DNA of 64,000 nt from Adineta vaga (taxonomy: Eukaryota > Animalia > Rotifera): assembly GCA_021613535.1 (NCBI GenBank), contig CP075492.1, positions 14,322,001-14,386,000 on the forward strand, given 5' to 3'. A program made the position numbers and the translations under genes. Under the pieces are notes generated by a model. It searched no databases and was not told where the DNA came from. It saw nothing but the letters and a program-made list of their open reading frames with translations. Positions 26,374 to 40,600 of the stretch are shown one piece after another. Positions within the stretch are counted from its first letter, which is position 1, and each line of letters starts with the position of its first letter.

Positions 26374-26967
26374 ATACTGTACATGGGCAGAGTTTCGTTG
26401 AAATCTGAGATATCTATTTAGTGCGATGTGCCCAAGCTTTCGTGTATTGACACATAGATTATTGAATGATAGAAAAGTCGGTTACAATATCTCCATCATT
26501 TCAAAATGGAATGAAATTCTGAAAACAGGGCTTGATAGGCAATAGATAACTCTACAAGATCCATTAAGTCGCTTTATCTTATAATGCAGCTTTTTGGAGT
26601 TGCTATAGACCGCCTTGGAGAAGGTAAGGATTTTCAGGGTGTATATATGAAACTTTTTATTAGATTGAGAGAGAATAATAAAAGATATGGGCAAATGCAC
26701 CAGATCACGGCGAACAAGAATATATAATTAGAATCTAAGTTAGCAAATGTTCTGTTAAAAAGTCGAAACCCACAAAATTTTCGAGTTGTTTATGATTTTT
26801 GAGATTTTGAGAGAAACTTGTGATCTCAGTTTCTACTTGAAGGAAATATATTTAAAACTGATTTTTTCAGCATAAAAATAACCCATTGATACCTAATGGA
26901 TGATATATGTTTCAATCGGTTTGTAAGATATGTGTGTTTTTGTGGGAGAAACTCCACGACAATACCC

Positions 26968-27378
26968 AATATCAGAACACAAACACAATCTCTTTTCTCT
27001 CTCCAGAGTAACAGTGGTAAAACGCTTCTTTTTCTATGACAAGGTTAAACATTGTGCAGAACGAACATTTTGGAGGAAAAAAACAGCTTTTTCGTCATCA
27101 CGTACACCGTTAGAAAAAACCGACCGTTCGCAAATATTTCGTTGCGCAGACGATGTTTTTTTTTAAACAGAAATAAGAACATTTACTCCACTAATAGTAC
27201 TCATTTTTTTCCCTCTTAGTGTGTGTAACTCAACGGCCGAAAAACAACGACTTTGATACACAGTGAAGGTATAAGCAGTCAACGTTGTTGTTGTTATATT
27301 GGTACTTTGATTTTATTAAAGTAAGTAGTGATAGAGTATGAGGTGATGTAAAAAATGTAAAGTTGATTACTCAAAGGA
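26968..27378 (+). repeat. Left copy of a ~400-bp repeat; inverted partner at 47321-47765
   Basis: For example cagcttttcgtcatcacgtac-like, gttcgcaaatatttcgttgc and gcagtcaacgttgttgttg tracts occur as reverse complements at 47.4-47.6 kb. Confidence 0.9.
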
Positions 27379-29025
27379 CGAGGGCTAAATCATCTGATTC
27401 ACCGTCATACTAAAAGAAAATTTTTTTTTCTTTTTAATACGCATATTGCAGAAGAAGTAACGCTCCTCAACAGACTCACTTGACTCTTTCTCGTTGAAAT
27501 AAGTGCGTCCAAGATCTGGACAAACGGTTTATAGACAGTTTTTGAGAATTTAACTTTTGAAGGAAAACATAGTAAAATACATCAATGATTTTTCTGAGTA
27601 GATTATATTACAAAGATTATGCAAATATTGTTTACATAAGATCCACTACACATAAGCCACGACCGATCACTAGAGACATTGCTCTATCGGGATCTTCCAA
27701 TTCTACTCATTTAGTATAGGTATTGCAAATGCAAGCAGGGTTTTCGATTGTTTTTAAAAGTGGAGGACAGGGAGGCAAAATATTATTGAAAATAAATGGC
27801 TGAATTGTGACAAAATAAATTATATTAGTTTATACCATCTATACACCAGTGCTGTTGTTTTGGCGGTGTTTGCGGTTTAGCAGTAAAGTAGATCGAGCCT
27901 TAAACCACTTCGCCACTAAGACTGCTGAGATCGGTACACCACTTAGACCGTTTAAACTGCCCTACCTCTAAAATGTCTACACCTCAGTACGTGGACCACG
28001 GCTGAAATTGGTTGATATGATAGATAAATCAGTAGTTAGTTCCAATTTAATGTTCATCGTAAGATATGTTTTTATCGATTTTGCTGAGTAAATATCAGCG
28101 TTTATTTGAATACCCACGAAAATTTTTTTTAATAAATACCGCGGTAATTAACGGTTTATTACTTGCGGTTTTGAACGGTGATTTTGTACCGAAAAAGTCA
28201 GACCTTTTATTAGGTTTTTCTACACCGCCCGAAACCGCCGTACGTTCAAACCGTGGTTATTAACGGTTTTTGTCAAAAATGAATCTATCATATTGATGGT
28301 ATATTATTTCTGACATCTATCTGGTAATCTTTAACATTTCTATGTTTGTAACCTATCCATTATCTTAAGATGACACTTTAACACTTCGGTCAATTCATTA
28401 AATACCACTATCTATTTTTTATTTTGTTTTCTTCTGATTAAATTCGAACTTCTTATCGAATGATTGCAATCCACTAATTCCATTTAACCGTCCGGTGATG
28501 TTCATACTAATATCAGATATGATAGTCTAATCTAATCAGTGATTGAAAAATCTTCTCATTTAAACTGATATGTTTCATTTATTAGTGGATTTATAAGAAT
28601 CTTATAATTCCTAATAATTTATATCTCATTTATAATTTTATTAAATTTTATGAGATATGCATGTTGATGATGTTCTATATGGAATATATAGAATCTTATT
28701 TATCACTCATAGTCATGATTATCAAACTATACACACAATATATTCGAATAAAATAATTTCTGGAGACAAATATACATTTTTGAGGATCTTTAGTTGATGA
28801 ACTGCGGTATCATGTGTTACAACAAAGTTTAACTATTTGAAATATTATTACAGTTCTGCCTATATGTAGGTTTGCACGTCAGAACGCATGATAATACTAC
28901 TCGGTAGACTTATCTAGATTCCATCAGTCGAAAAAAACAGATTTGTGTCTATTTTTATCTCTGAACTTTTACTATCTCATGAACATATTGTCGCAAATGA
29001 TCATCTCAACGAAATCTGACTAATA

Positions 29026-29313
29026 CCCAGACAGCCAAAATCGATAAGAAAACGCGATTCGCGAGAAGAAAACAACGTTCCTATGTTGGTTTTTTCCAAC
29101 AAAACGTATATTTACCGTGTTAAAAAATACAATTTTGTAACCGTATAAACGATGTTTTCTCTTCCCGACAGAAAATAGGCAATAACAACGTTTTTACGCA
29201 CACCAGAGTGTATTTTTAACACGGTAAATATACGTTTTGTTGGAAAAAACCAACATAGGAACGTTGTTTTCTTCTCGCGAATCGCGTTTTTTAATCGATT
29301 TTGTCTGCCTGAG
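29026..29313. mobile_element. MITE with ~105-bp terminal inverted repeats, flanked by TA
   Basis: 29026-29130 is the near-perfect reverse complement of 29209-29313; ends TA|CCCAGACAG...CTGCCTGAG|TA. Confidence 0.9.
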
Positions 29314-31232
29314 TATCTTTAAGATGTATTCATGTCTATTTTCACTCAATGTAATATTAGATTAATCTATAACGTATATTTGAATTTAGTTTAATAATTT
29401 CTTCGCAATTTGACTTTCAGAACAAGTCTTGTTATCTCATCTCATTTCATTTGTCAATGGAAGAAAACTGAATCTAACTTCAATCAGAAATATCTTTTTT
29501 TAAATTTAACTGTGATTATATGAATGGAAATTGTTCTGATAAATCATTATGACAAAAATCACATAAAAAAATATGACCATATTACTAACACGAAATCATT
29601 TAGAACAATGATATCTTCATACATAATGAGGAGATCGCGGTTTGTAATAGAAAGTTCGCAAAATATAGTATCGTAATGTATGGTGATTCTCGAATACCGC
29701 AACTAATCTATGTCTAATGAAGCTTTTCTGAAACCGCGATATTCAACGGTGTGAACATCGCGGTTTCGTTCTAGTTTACGGTGCTAAATCGATATTGCGA
29801 TAAAAAACACCGCGATCTTTCAAGACACAACCGCAACCATTATGAAAAAACCGCGTCCTTCAGCGGTAGCGACTTAAATATTTTCCCGTGGGTATGCCGC
29901 AAAATCAAATTCTCCATTAACTGGAAAAATTTGCCAGAAAGTCAGACATACTTTTGGATTCTTGGGGAAGGGGACTAGACACCCATGCCCCCCTAATCGG
30001 AGACACTGGATACAAGTGTTTAATGAACATCTGCGTAAGCACTTTTGAAATGACATTTTACTTTGGTCGAGATACTGCAGTTTTAGCGATAGCTCTGTCC
30101 GCAAAATTTACCCTTTTTAGAGACTTTTTGTAACTTCCATGTCTGACGGATAGTAGATACGCTTGGTGGACTTGAAACTTGCCCTGTAGTTCGATGATGT
30201 AGTGAAGATTTATCGTGAACAAAATTTGGATTGGGACAGTCAAACCTGACTAGACCGCAAGGTTCACACGGCGCACGTTAGAATTAGCAGTTTTTGTCAT
30301 TTTTTGGCCATCTGTATTTGAGCACAACTCAGTGACAAATTTTCATGCAGAAAACGCGTTCATGAAACTATAGAAGCTTGACTACCTGTTGAAGAACGCG
30401 TTTATAGACGGAAAAGAATGTTTTATGTTTTAAAGAAACGCATTCTTTATCGTTCCCTGTCATTATAGAACGTTTTCCTCTCAGTTCTTTAACTCACCAG
30501 AAAGTTTTCTGACCCATTTTGAGAATTCATTCTCCAGAAAAGTATTTAATGGAAATACATGCCTCTATTCGTATTGAAATAGTCAACTTACTATACCTGA
30601 AACAAAGTATTGTTAACGTTTACCATGGATCAAAAAAGTAATTCTCTTGACAATTCGCGTTCATCTTAATATGACGTTCAAATAGAAATAGAAGTTTTAG
30701 CCATTCCTGTAACAATTACTTCTACTTCATTTTCATCAAATTTAACAGGGACTAAAAGTGCTCTTGATAGATTTTTCAATGATCTTCACTATGAGCGTAG
30801 ACGGATGGGTAAAGGCGAGGATAAATAGAAGACAATCACCTCACCCTCATTCGACCGTCATTCATCTACCTTCAAGATAAATTACGATTGTTATATGAAA
30901 AAACATACAAGGAAGATTATTGATATATAGATTCTTTCAATAAATAACTTAAGTTGGCTGCCTAATAAACAGTTTTTCGTTCGTGCTTGAAAAGTAAGAA
31001 GTTATGATTGATTGATTATTTGTATCTAACCTTTTGCTATTGTGCAGCTATCTTGAAGACGATGGTGAGGGTGACGCGGGTATGTTGACCAAGAGCAGTC
31101 AGTTACCCGCATCCACACCATTCTATATGATATGAGTGATGAGTTATTACTAAAAAGGAAGTCAATCGGTTCTTCCCTCTCAAAGTATTTAAATTTTTCT
31201 TTTTCTAGTTTTTTATGTGATAAACTTAACAC

Positions 31233-34206
31233 ATGGCTCCAAAGGATGATGGATGGACATCGAAATACGTCTCGCCTCCAGAAAGAGATCCTGAAGGTCG
31301 GACCTACTTTAACTGGAAGGATGAAGAACTGCAAAAGTGGAAACAAGATGCCATCAAAATGCAAGATGGACATGTGAGAGATAATAATCGTACAGAATGG
31401 TTTATTTACAAACCTGAAGATCGAGATGCTTTGGAATTACGTATACTAGTGACAATATACGGTATTAGAACTCCGCAGGTTTGCTTTTTATTTTTATTCA
31501 AAAATGTAATGATTCGCCCGGTTTAGGATGGCAACAAAGCAGCTCCTTCAGATCCATTTAGAGGATATAATCGTGACGACCGACTTCAAGCTCGAAAACT
31601 AAAGAAAGTGATTGTCAAACATTCTGATACGCCTGAACATATTCGTTTGAATGTCATTTATCTATCCACGGCAACCAAAGCAGAGGATGGTAAAAAATTC
31701 TATCTCAGTGAAGAACCCGGTAAGAATAACATTTTAAAGACTATATCTTACTTATCATATTATTATTAGTTTTTGTGATAAACGACCGGCGACAGTTCAT
31801 TGACAAGGGTAGTAGAGTTTATGCTAATTTTCAAGACTATAAAAAAAACAACAATTTACCAAAAGCTGCTACATTGTGTCCGAAAAATGGAACTTACACG
31901 CCTGCAGAAACAAGTGACGGACGCGTACCATTAGAATTGGACGAAACACCTTCAACAGGTTTACTCAAACGTATCAAAGATGTGACTGACACAGTTGTGA
32001 TGGTTGGTGGAATCGTACTCTCTGTGACAGGTGTTGTCACTTTTTTTTCTCCAGCTCTGTTTTCTGCAAGAGCTATGAACGTAGTTCAAACAGGTTCTTT
32101 CATTCTTTCAGGATACAGTCTATCCGGGTGAGTTCAGATTGAATTTCTAACTATTGAATATTTTTTCTTTGCTTTAGAGCTGCTACTAGTATATACGACA
32201 AGACATCACATGATGAAAGCATTCGCACTGAAATGTTTATTCTGATTTCTGCAGGATTATCTAATTATACTGGTTATCTTAGAACACAGGCTATAAAATA
32301 TGCAAGACAAGGAAAAACATATGCTGAAGTGATGGAAAGTGAGTTAATAATATGATATTGTTGCGGTTGAAGAATTTATATTCATTTTTAGAAATCAATA
32401 AATTTCATAGAGTTATGTTTGCTGTGGCGAATGTATTTACTTTTTTGTCTAGTTCGTCTGCACTCCTCTCATCGGTTTTTGATCTGATGACCAAGAGGGA
32501 ACGTACATGGTATGATTATTATCAACTATCAATGGGTCTATTTATGTTCGTCAATGTTTGTACAAAACCGAGAACTATTAAAGCCGTTTGCGAATCAGAA
32601 CAAATGCAATACTTGAGTCAAATGGAAAAAAGTCTTGAAGTAAGCAGTATGCAAAGTTGATAATCATAGCCACTGGTTCTTTTTCAGTCCGACGAGGCCA
32701 AAGAGGAAATGTCAAAAATGTTAAAAGAACATGAAACATCCGACAAAAAAGCATACATGATTCGAAACTTAAACAAAATTGAAAATCGTACGGAATTCTT
32801 CGAATTGATTGGTAAAACTAAAAGCTCCGTTGTTTGTACTGCAGATGGACTAGCAATCAACGACAAGATCGATATTGCTCCAGAAGCATATAATGATATT
32901 GGTAAAGCGGTGTTTACAGAGAAGCTTAATCTAATAGGGAAAGCTCGAGATGGTTTTGTCCATAAAAAAGTGATGGAAGAGTTCGACAAATTTATACCAG
33001 CTGAAAACAAGGAACAATTTGAAGCTAAATTGAAGGATATTGAGAATTTGCCTAAAGAAAAGCAAGAAGAAGCAATACGAAATTTGGTCGGTAAGTTAGG
33101 AATTGCAGGTGGTCCAACACAAGAACAATTTAATAATTCGTGGAAAACAGTTAAAACAGCATGCGAAGAGAAGTTCAACCAGAACGTCGAAAAAATGATC
33201 GGAAATCTTAAAGAAGGAAGCACTGGAGAGGAAAACCGAGATGCAACAAAAGAGGCTGATTTTAAAGAGCTGGAAGAACTAGCGAAAAAACAACTCCATG
33301 GTACAATCACGCTAGAAGAGCAAGAAAAATTGCAAAAGCAATTAGTGAAATGTTCAAATCACCGAAAAGAATATTTTTTCAAATCATCAGCTGATCATCG
33401 TAATGATGCCAATACTCAGGCCAATAATATAGCTTTCAAAAAGGATATAAACACTTTTACAAATGCGCAAAACGAACGTCTATGTTATCGTATCAATGCT
33501 GAAGAGGTGAAACTAAAATTACGGATCATGTACGGTGTACCCAATCACGAGGATATCATTGTCAATGGTCAGAAGCCATTTGCCAATATGAGAATTGGTG
33601 ATTATGACCGACTGAATCGCGTTCTAAAAGACTATGGCCCACGTGGGACAAAGTTAATCACTGCTGCCACAAAACTTGCTAATGATCCTACATTTATTGG
33701 TCATGTAAAAACACCTTATGACATGGCTTCAGTTACAGAAGCTATCAATAAAGGATGGGTACTGTGCACTGCTTTTCTTTCTATTGTGTACGTTTTTCTT
33801 TTAGGTAAGTGTTGCCAAAGCAGACCGGAACGCATTTCTTAATAGTTTAGAGAGTGGCACTGGTATACATTATGAAAATTTTCGCGATGAATTCAATGCT
33901 AGAATTACCAAAGTCAATGAACTTAGTCCTGATATCAGATCACAGTGGAGCAGTACTCTTACTATGGCTTACCATTGGTGGAAACATGAGGGTGATTTTG
34001 TACCTGGCCGAAACCTAACAATTGAAGAATACTTTGATGGTTATGCAAATGACATTTTTAGAACAGTAAATATTATTGGTACAGCACATGGTCAAACTGG
34101 AGGTATCAAACAATCTTATGCAACGGATTTTGGTACACGCATTCATGTTGGTTTTAGTTATGGTGAAAATCAAACAAAAGCTACACATTTCCCAAAGGAT
34201 TTATAG
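31233..34206 (+). CDS. 892-aa DUF4781-like protein with TM helices, charged helical region and C-terminal toxin-like domain; 7 exons (31233-31478, 31527-31719, 31770-32127, 32178-32338, 32392-32639, 32688-33758, 33805-34206)
   Basis: All six GT-AG introns preserve frame; FIDKGSRVYANFQDYKKNNNLP...PKNGTY...ETP and IYDKTSHDESI match the DUF4781 pattern as recalled; ends AYHWWKHEGDF...TIEEYF...ATHFPKDL. Confidence 0.75.
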
Positions 34207-34651
34207 ATTGTCGTTGTTTCAATTCTTCCTTAACTATCAGTGACATTAAATAAGATTTAATTGACTTTTTGATCATAATACTATCGTAGAATCTTTAACT
34301 ATCGAGTAAATATGATCATCTAATATCATTCTTTATTTTCTTGATTTACGATACCGCTGATTATAACAGCCTCTATGATTATCTAGAAAATGAAGAATAA
34401 TATCAGAAAAAAACATATTCTCTTTAAAATATACTTTCAATTCTAAAATTGCCTTTCTATAAATCTATGCTAACCATTCATCGTGTTTCTAAATAAAATC
34501 TTACTAATTGATTCGAATTTAAATTATCTAATGTGATTTATGCTCGTTTTAGATAGCTTCGATTAAAATAAATCAATATATTCAACAATAATTATTCTTG
34601 TTCTCTGAAAATATTTCTACAGACAATTCAATAAGTTTATTGGTATATGAT

Positions 34652-37600
34652 ATGACCTGCCAATTTACAGAAGAAGAACTGCGATTAATTATAGGCAATG
34701 CAGTTGCTAACAAGGCTGAAACAACCGTCGATTCTTTGATTCAAGAACTATTTGCTGATGACAAATCAAAAATACCTTCTGTTATCAAATCTTTCATTGC
34801 GAAAGAATTCTTTCGACAAAGCAAAAATTTCTGTCGTGTTTCAGCAAAACACTGGATTGCAAATAAACTTCAAAGTGGATCAAGTGATTTTATTAAAAGT
34901 TTTGTTGTTGCTGAAGAAAAACGTCAAATTCTAAACATTTTCCCTGTAGATTTACAAACTCGATTATTTATTCTAAACAAAGAAAATGATCTTGAAAGTT
35001 TTTTGATCGAATTTAGTCGATTATTCAAAAGATTAAGAGAAAAATTTGTACCTGCCCAAAGTGAAGATAAATTTAGAAATTTTCTCGCTCAATGGTTACA
35101 AAGCGGATTTATGCCATTGTCAACATGGAAGACTTTTCATGAATGGAAACGTATTGGTCCAACTTTGATTAACTTGAAAAATATTAAGTGGTCTGCAAGT
35201 GCTGAAAATGATAATAATTGGCGTGAATTACAACGTCTATTGAAAAATATAAAAACTGATCAATTCATCGAAATGGGAAAGTTACAAACAATTCTCGATA
35301 TACTTTTAGCTGTCCCGAAACTTTATGTCGAAAATAGAACCGTGAAACTTGTTGGTAGAACGATTTATCTTAGTGAATGGGTGAAACAAATTCAAGACTC
35401 AATCAGATTAAACGCTACACCACAAGTATCAATTTTCGCTGAAGATGCTTTAGCCATTGATTATGATTTGAAGGATGTAATTTGGCAAGGAAAAAATTTA
35501 GTTATAGTATCGAAAGTTGTTTATGTTTGGCAAGATTCAATAATTCGATTATCTGGAATGAGTTATTCGCCAGGCAACAAACAAGCAACAAGTGCTGGAT
35601 CGACAGCATATAGAGGAGCAGATGGTGAAGATGGTCGAGCTGGTGAATCCAGTGGAAATATTGCAATTTTAGCAACAAAAATGTTCAATTCCTCGAAGTT
35701 GACTGTAGAGCTCAATGGTGGCCGAGGTGAAGATGGGCAAGACGGTGGTGATGGTTGCGACGGAAAAAATGGTATTGGTGTCACACAATCAGATCTTGAT
35801 CGTTTAGTTGTAAGTTACTACAGTTTGTATCGAGATTCATGGAACAAATTTGAAAGTTACTCACCGCCTTCGAATTGGAAGGCAGTAAGTAATAATAGTA
35901 GCAGGGACAATTACATTTACCGAATATATCAAGATGAACACGGACGAAATATGACTTATTCGTTTGCAGCTGACAAAGGATGGACTTATACAACGTATGA
36001 ACTCTATTTTCTTGTATGTGGATCCAATGGAACAAGTGGCACCTCAGGTGGAAGCAATGGTGTTGGTGGACAAGGTGGTTACAATGGTACATGTACAGTA
36101 CAGAATCCAGAAACAGGTGAAGCATTTCAAATTAATTTAGTACGAAATGGAAAAAGTAGTGGACCAAGTGGTACGAATGGGAAAGTTGGTAAAAGTGGTA
36201 AATACGGCATTAATGGAAATGATATGGCACTAATTGACAGATCAGCTCAAGAAGCTTCAAAACATTACGAAGGTAGTGCTAATAAGAAATTAACTTCGAA
36301 ATATGTGTACAAAGCAGAATTGAAAAGTCGTCTCAACGGATATCGACGTTTTGTAGAAAAAGAAGATGCTTGTTTTATCAAATTTCAAGATGGAGAGACG
36401 ATTAATACAGGTGAAAGACGAGTAACTGAAGCACAAAAACGAACTTCTCGAACATCTGCATCTGAAGCCGTAGCCAAACAATCAGTCATTACTACCAAAA
36501 TTCTCGGCGAAGCGGAAACAATATTTGGAAAACAAAGTACATTCCTAGCTGATGCATGTAAAGCAACAGCAACAAAAGCATCAGTTGATGCCGACGATTC
36601 TGAAGAAGAAGAAGAAACGTCAGAAAACACGACTGAAGAAGTGGTAGTGCTCCGACAGAAAGAAGAAACGAACAAACTGTCAAAATACACTCCTGAGAGT
36701 GAAAAGAGGGTAATGATTCTTTTTTTAGTTAGATATATTTACAATTTGAGTCGTTTTAGCAACGTCCTGTTCATACTCCAGAAAGTTATGTTAAATATAT
36801 TCAATCTCTTGGGCGACGAACCACCGTGAATAACTGTGCACAACTTCTATTTGATTTGTTCACTATTGAATTTCCACCGGCATTACTCGAATCTATTAGT
36901 TTACATACACTCTTTCACCAAATGAGGCATCGTGAACAAATGAAATCATCATTTTCTCTTGTCTTAGTTGCTGCTCTTCAATCAAAAATCATCAACGGTA
37001 AAAGTTACGAAGAAATCAAAGAATTTATCTCAACTATATTAGCTCGTCGACAACGAAAGTTCAGTCTTAGTCGATTACGCCACAAATTACGAAATATTTC
37101 CAAGGATGTGGATGATGCAGATGAAGAACCGTCAATGAATCTTATCCCTAGTGCTGACACGTATTTTGGTATTAAAGAAAACCCATTAAGTACTAAACTA
37201 GCTCCATATTTCGATCCAATCAATATTAATTCAGTCGTAAAAGGATTCTTCTCTCAATATCTCAATCATGAAGTTGATATTAAATTGTTAAATGCTTTGA
37301 ATACATTTTTAAAAACTATCAATCCAATTTATAAGCAATCCCTGGCATCATTTGCTCAAGATAAACATTTCCGATGGACTGACAAAGATATTTGTCAAAA
37401 TTATCTGAATAATTTGAAAGCATGGCTAGTTGAAGATGCTTTATTAAAGGAAACAGAAAAGAAGAAAAAACCTGTACAAAACGAAGGTAATACAGACGAT
37501 ACTGAAGCTCATGATGAAGATAATCAACAAAGTAACGCTCCGAGACGTGAGAAAACGAAATCCGAATCTGATTTTGAACATTTTCTCAAAGCTGTTGTTG

Positions 37601-40600
37601 CTGATCTAAAAAATTGGGATCATATCATCAAACCTGTCAATGAGCTGATCAATAAAAATCAAGAGTATAAAGCAAGATTTGGTTCACCTCCAAGTTTTGA
37701 TAAGAGTGGATATCTAGATAGTGCAAAATCATTCATTTCACGTTCATCTACTGATAGCAAATCAATTGAACAAGCACAACATTTAATCAAAATATATTAT
37801 TTAGCAACATCTATTCTTATTTATAATCAGAATCTTTATATTTGTAATGCTATGATGTTAAAAGAACAAGGAAAATTTTCAGAAGATATCTGTTTTATCA
37901 AGCATAATGAATTCGATTTGTTCCTTCAGCAGCATCAGACACATCCAGTATCTTTGGATGGTAACGACTGCGAAGTTTATATGATAAGTCATGGTTTAGC
38001 TTGTGCACCATTTCGATATCTTTTATCACTTCATTTAAATATAAAATTATGTTCCTATCAGAAAATTAGTTATCAAACATTGAAGAATACTGAAATACTT
38101 AATCCAATGGCTAATGAATGTGAATCATTATGGTTACATGATGATAAACAACCAGTTGGTATTGCTCCCGATGAAGATTTTCGAAGATTGATTGCTGCTC
38201 AAAAGTTAATGGTATCGAAGTATGAAAAAGATTTAGTTGTTCAAATACAAGATTTCTCAAAAATAGATTATAATGAAAAAGAAAATATTTTAGCATTTGC
38301 ATCGTTTTTTTCATCACCACTTCAAGGTGCTGTTATTGAATGGATTGAAAATTACATAGCCATTACACAAGATCAATCACTTCTTCATCTTCTTTATCAT
38401 CGAATTTGGGTTGATGGTTGTCATTTTTCATTATTTGAACTGCAGTTTATCTTGGCATCACTTGCAAATTTAAAAACAGTATATCATTGTGATGTCAATT
38501 ATCTTTTTCTACTTGCTAATTCTGTTTCACAATCACAACTTGTCGATGTATTTTTATACGCTAGATTGGAATATCATTTTGGAAAAAGATTTAGTTCATC
38601 ATCGAGAATATTTACTGGGATTCAGTTGATACCAAATAGTCGTTACAAAGCTTTATTAGCAGTTAAACTCAGTGAATATCATTTAAAAATTAATGAAAAT
38701 GATCTTTATAAGATTATTTTAATGCTTCAACATGCATCCAATGGATCTGAACAGTTAGAGAAGATCGATTTAGCTGAATGGATTTCTATCGCTCAAAAAC
38801 AAAAATGGAGTGAAATTGGATATTTGCTCAAGCAATATGGTTCAATTGGTTATTATCTTAGTCTTTTAGATAACAAAGAATTCAAGAAAGAAGAAGAACA
38901 AATGCGAAAAATCATTGATAAAGCAACAATTATTTCAGAAAAACTTATTGCATTATATACACAATGGATTGTTACAGGAGAAGTCGATGCGAATGAGGCA
39001 TTTTTCAAGCAATTAGAAACATTGTTTATCAAAGCGAATGATTATCCAGAGTTAAAAGACAAAACTACAAAACAACAGTTGATTACAACGGAAATCGAAC
39101 AAGCAAAATTGATCAATTGGTTGACAACAGGGAAAATATCAGAAAACTATGTCAATTATGAAGGCTTGACTTCGATGAATGATCGAACTCTTAATGATTT
39201 GATTAAAAAGATAACAGGTTTACATGATTCTCCAGAAGCTGCTGAACAAAGACGGAAAAATATTAAAAAGATTGGTGAACTTCTTCAATCAAATGATAGT
39301 AAAACATCGCAGAATATTTATTGGCTGAACATATTCGATAATGCATTATTCAAATTAAAGGAGAAACGTCTACGAAATACACAGAAAATGGCCATACTTT
39401 GTGCTGTTGAAAGTGAAACACATGTTCTTGAGCAAGTCAATACTGGTGAAGGTAAATCTTTTATTATTGCTGCAATTGCAACGATTCGGCGTAAAACTGG
39501 AAAACGTTATGTGGATATAATCACAAGTTCATCTGTTCTTGCACAACGTGATGCTGCTGAAATGACTGAACTTTATCAAGAACTTGGTTTAAGTGTTGCT
39601 GATAATTGTAGTGAAGATCTTGAAGCACGTAAAAAAGCTTATGCATCGGATATTGTTTATGGTGATATTGCTCGTTTTCAACGTGATCATCTTCTTCATA
39701 CATTTTATAAAAAACCATTGAAAGGTGATCGAACTCAAGTTGCTGTTATCGTTGATGAAGTTGATAATATGCTATTGGACAATGGTAACAATATGCTCTA
39801 TCTTTCACATAGTGTTCCCGGAATGGATTTACTTGATTCTTTACTGATATTTATTCAGCAACAGATTCATATTCCGATTTACACAGGTGATAAAAATAAT
39901 CTTGAACTAATGCAAAATCAATTCGATAATACAACAATCAAAAAGAAAGTCTTAGCTGATATTTTTGGTCAATTTTTAATAAATGATCTACAAGCAATTG
40001 TCAATTCAAGTATTCCTGAAGTGAAGATAGTTGATATGTATGATAAAATGATTCAAGGAAAAATCATCGATGCTGATGGCTATTTAGAAATACACCGTCA
40101 TGATCAACTTCCATTAATTACCGAGGCACTCAGACATACAGATGCTGCTTTCGTTTATCGAATTACAGCTTGCTTTTCCGTTATTATTTCTCGTGAAAGA
40201 TCTATCGAAATACCGGTCTATCTTCGCAATTTTGTCAAATTACATCTCGATGAATTAATTCAAAACTGCAAACATGCATTGTTCTTAGAAGTCAACACCG
40301 GATATGTCGTTGACGTTGATCATACTGGGAAAATGATATCTGCCTTAGAATCATTGATAACAATTATCGATTCGAATACTGGAGCAGATCTAGCAACTTC
40401 ACAATGGTGTGGTGGTCTTCATCAATTTCTTCAACTTAAACATGGTTGTCGTGTTTCACCAATGAGTTTGAAAGCTGTTTTTATTTCGAATGTTACGTAT
40501 CTAAAAGGATACAAACATATCAATGGTCTTAGTGGAACATTGGGTTCGATAGAAGAAAGTAAAACGTTGATTGAACTTTACCATGCTGATTTGATCAAGA

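Noticed and set aside
26930-27166. 78-aa ORF, and ORFs at 47690-47969
   Set aside because: They lie in or overlap the non-coding repeat copies and are not conserved between copies
30020-30250. Possible piggyBac-like Cys-rich transposase tail on the minus strand
   Set aside because: Only vague Cys/His spacing with stops; no catalytic domain nearby
26050-31200. CRISPR array or structured RNA genes
   Set aside because: No regularly spaced direct repeats; no tRNA or rRNA signatures recognised
35600-36220. Collagen domain
   Set aside because: Gly-X-Y runs are short, interrupted and Pro-poor
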